Assembly: GCF_009914755.1 (NCBI RefSeq)
Contig: NC_060939.1
Source: the human T2T-CHM13v2.0 reference genome, Homo sapiens
DNA: 64,000 nucleotides
Reading direction: 5' to 3' (one strand)
Positions within the stretch are counted from its first letter, which is position 1. Each line of letters starts with the position of its first letter. The notes under the pieces are model-generated. The model ran no database searches and had not been told where the DNA came from. It saw only the letters and a list, made by a program, of their open reading frames with translations. This document shows, in pieces, positions 61,525 to 64,000 of this stretch. The position numbers were made by a program, and so were the translations under genes.

Positions 61525-62594
61525 GTGTAGCCCTTGTCATCCGGAGCACCGAAGTCTCCATGCGGTGGGGGACCTACATATGCCGTGTGCCCTGCTGCAC
61601 TGGGATCCCTCACACCAGCTGGTTCATATTGTCAAAAGGGAAAAAGTCCCGGGTGAGAAGTGGTGAGCCCTTGCGCCGTCTCCATGGGGCTGGGAGAGTG
61701 GAGGCTTTGGCTCCTGAGGGGCTGCACTGAAGGCCTGCAGAACAGGAGGTTCATCTGGCTGTGCAGGGTTCACCCCAGCCCATCTCAGGCCTGCATCCTC
61801 ACCACCTGGGCCCAGCTGGAGGGCCAGCTGCCTTTTCCACAAGGGATTATGCCCAGATAGCTTCCCACAGCAGCTCCGCGGATTCCTTGCTAACCCCCTC
61901 TGGGAACAAAGGGCTTGGAGAAGGTCCACAGTCCTTTTTGGAGAATGGGATCAAAGTAAGAGCCACATCTGTCACAAGAAATGCGGGAACAGCCTCTTGC
62001 CAGGAGAGATGGGGAAACTCTTAGTCCCTGGCTGGGTTTGATACTTAATGGCTGGAGTGCTTTTCATGGCTGTTGGGTCAGTGGCTGCTGATGGTCATTG
62101 AAGTCAGCTGAACAGAGAGCTTTCCTCCTTGTGCCCATGGCCTCCTGAAGAGGCGTAGGTGCTGTTACTGGCTACAGCTGGAACAGACCGGGGAACCTGG
62201 GGTTAGAACACGGGGGAGACTGTCAACAGCTGGGCAGCTGGGGGGCCGCTGACACACCCAGGGCTTTCTGCCTCAGATGCCGGCTTCTGTTCTGAGACAC
62301 TCTTGGATGTCACAGAGCAGTAGAACAGCTGAGCAAAAGGGGGCACTTCTCTGGATATTGACATTTTTGTGGATGATGGGGAGGGTCAAATTTATTAAAC
62401 CATTTAAGATTCAATTCTAACAAGCTCCCAGGGGAGGCTATTGCTGCTTTGCAAAGTGAGGGCCAGGGTGGTGCACACATCTAACTTCATGGTCCTGGAA
62501 AGCCACTTACTTCTCTCTTTGTTTTCTGTCCTGTCAAAGCGGGTGATAATAGCATCCCCAGGAGGGATGATGCGCAGCCCTCATACATCATCAT

Positions 62595-62772
62595 CAGTGG
62601 TTCTCTGTTGACCAGGCTCATATTGGGATCACCTGGGGGAACTTTAGACACTACTAAGGACTGGCTTCCTCTTCCCCAGACACTCTGATTTAGCTGTTGG
62701 AGGTGGGGGAGGCAGGGGCGTGGGGATGCTTGTGGCTTCTCAGGGGGCTTCTATGTGCAGTTGAGAACCACT
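62595..62772. mobile_element. MER5A-like
   Basis: cagtggttctc...gatcacctggggga...gttgagaaccact (TIRs). Confidence 0.75.
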
Positions 62773-63193
62773 CTCCTGAAGGCAGCTCTGGCCAAAGAAA
62801 TGCAAGAATCCCCATCACTTTTGGAGTGTCGGAGACACTTTACGTCGGTGCTCCTCTAAGTATGTTCCATGGACCAGTGCTTCCTGAGAGCTATTTGTTA
62901 ATGGGTTGGCAGGAGAAGTACGGAGATAGAGTGCTTAGGAATTTCCATAGCATCTCGATATTGCCAGACCTCTGAAGATGTGATCAGGGGCTCATCTCCC
63001 TGAATAGGTTGTAGACCAGCTCCAGGGCTGCCAGGCCCCTGTGGGGAGGTGCACAGTCAGGATGAGCTGCAAATGAGTCCTGTGCAGGGGAACACGTGTC
63101 ATTGTGCCAAGGACTAGATACAGAAAAATCCACTGGTCTTTCATCTCACTACTTCCCTGTTATCTCCTGAAATCTCACAGTCACCTGAAGTAG

Positions 63194-63497
<304 letters not shown>

Positions 63498-63591
63498 GAA
63501 GTAGGTATTTTCATGCTTATCTGCAGATGAGGAAACTGAGGCTTGGAAAGGTCAAGCCACCTGCTCAAGGCTAGGTGTCTCTAAACCAAGG

Positions 63592-64000
63592 TAGGGCAGG
63601 GCCTTGTGGGTATGTTACCAGTGTAGTCACGTAGGACTCCACACTCCAGGTGTAATGCCCTATGCTCACCATCTTGAAATTCTTAGTAATTTTATTTTTG
63701 AGTGTGTGTTTTGTAAGCAAAGTCCCATGGGACAATGGAGCATGCAGCAGGCTTGGAGCCTCGACTCCTGCCTGGGCCTGCCGCCCTATTTTGCACCTCC
63801 CCACTTACCCTGTAAGGGTTTTGCTTCCTCACTCCCTCCTGGCAACTGCTGCCACCCCCATCTTCAGGGGCCCTGGATCAGGATGCCAGCCTGGCAGGCA
63901 TGCCCCATGCACAGAGCCATGAGGCAGGCCCTGGGCAACTATGAGGGACTGCACCTGCCACACAGGTGAATCCCATGCCCGAGGGGGCACACCATTAAAT
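63592..64000. mobile_element. MER45-family hAT-Tip100 element (may continue past the window end)
   Basis: caccatcttgaaattcttagtaatttt...tgtgttttgtaag...gggacaatggagcatg; right boundary uncertain. Confidence 0.7.

Overview
Primate (human-like) non-coding genomic DNA, dominated by transposable elements. It holds about 28 Alus (J, S and Y subfamilies), many old L1 pieces including a roughly 9.6 kb antisense L1 relic at about 30.2-39.8 kb, L2 and MIR fragments, hAT DNA-transposon fossils (MER5, Charlie5/MER33, MER45) and about 11 solo LTRs, two groups of them nested. I recognise no known protein-coding gene, RNA gene or CRISPR array, and I cannot name the locus. Nearly all ORFs in the track are Alu, L1 or low-complexity artefacts. 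I cannot demonstrate a new biological system. The best leads are: (i) a 181-codon mostly non-repeat ORF with TATA, Kozak and AATAAA signals in order, downstream of a triple-nested LTR (de novo gene candidate); (ii) a 23-unit compound minisatellite with a constant CTCF-like core and variable GA/GT microsatellite spacers; (iii) a CpG-retaining unique element followed by a well-formed 83-nt + strand exon, within a cluster of perfect splice donors; (iv) a switch in Alu orientation near a G4/NF-Y/AP-1 cluster at about 41 kb. Subfamily names come from recalled consensus sequences, and boundaries are approximate unless target-site duplications (TSDs) are quoted.
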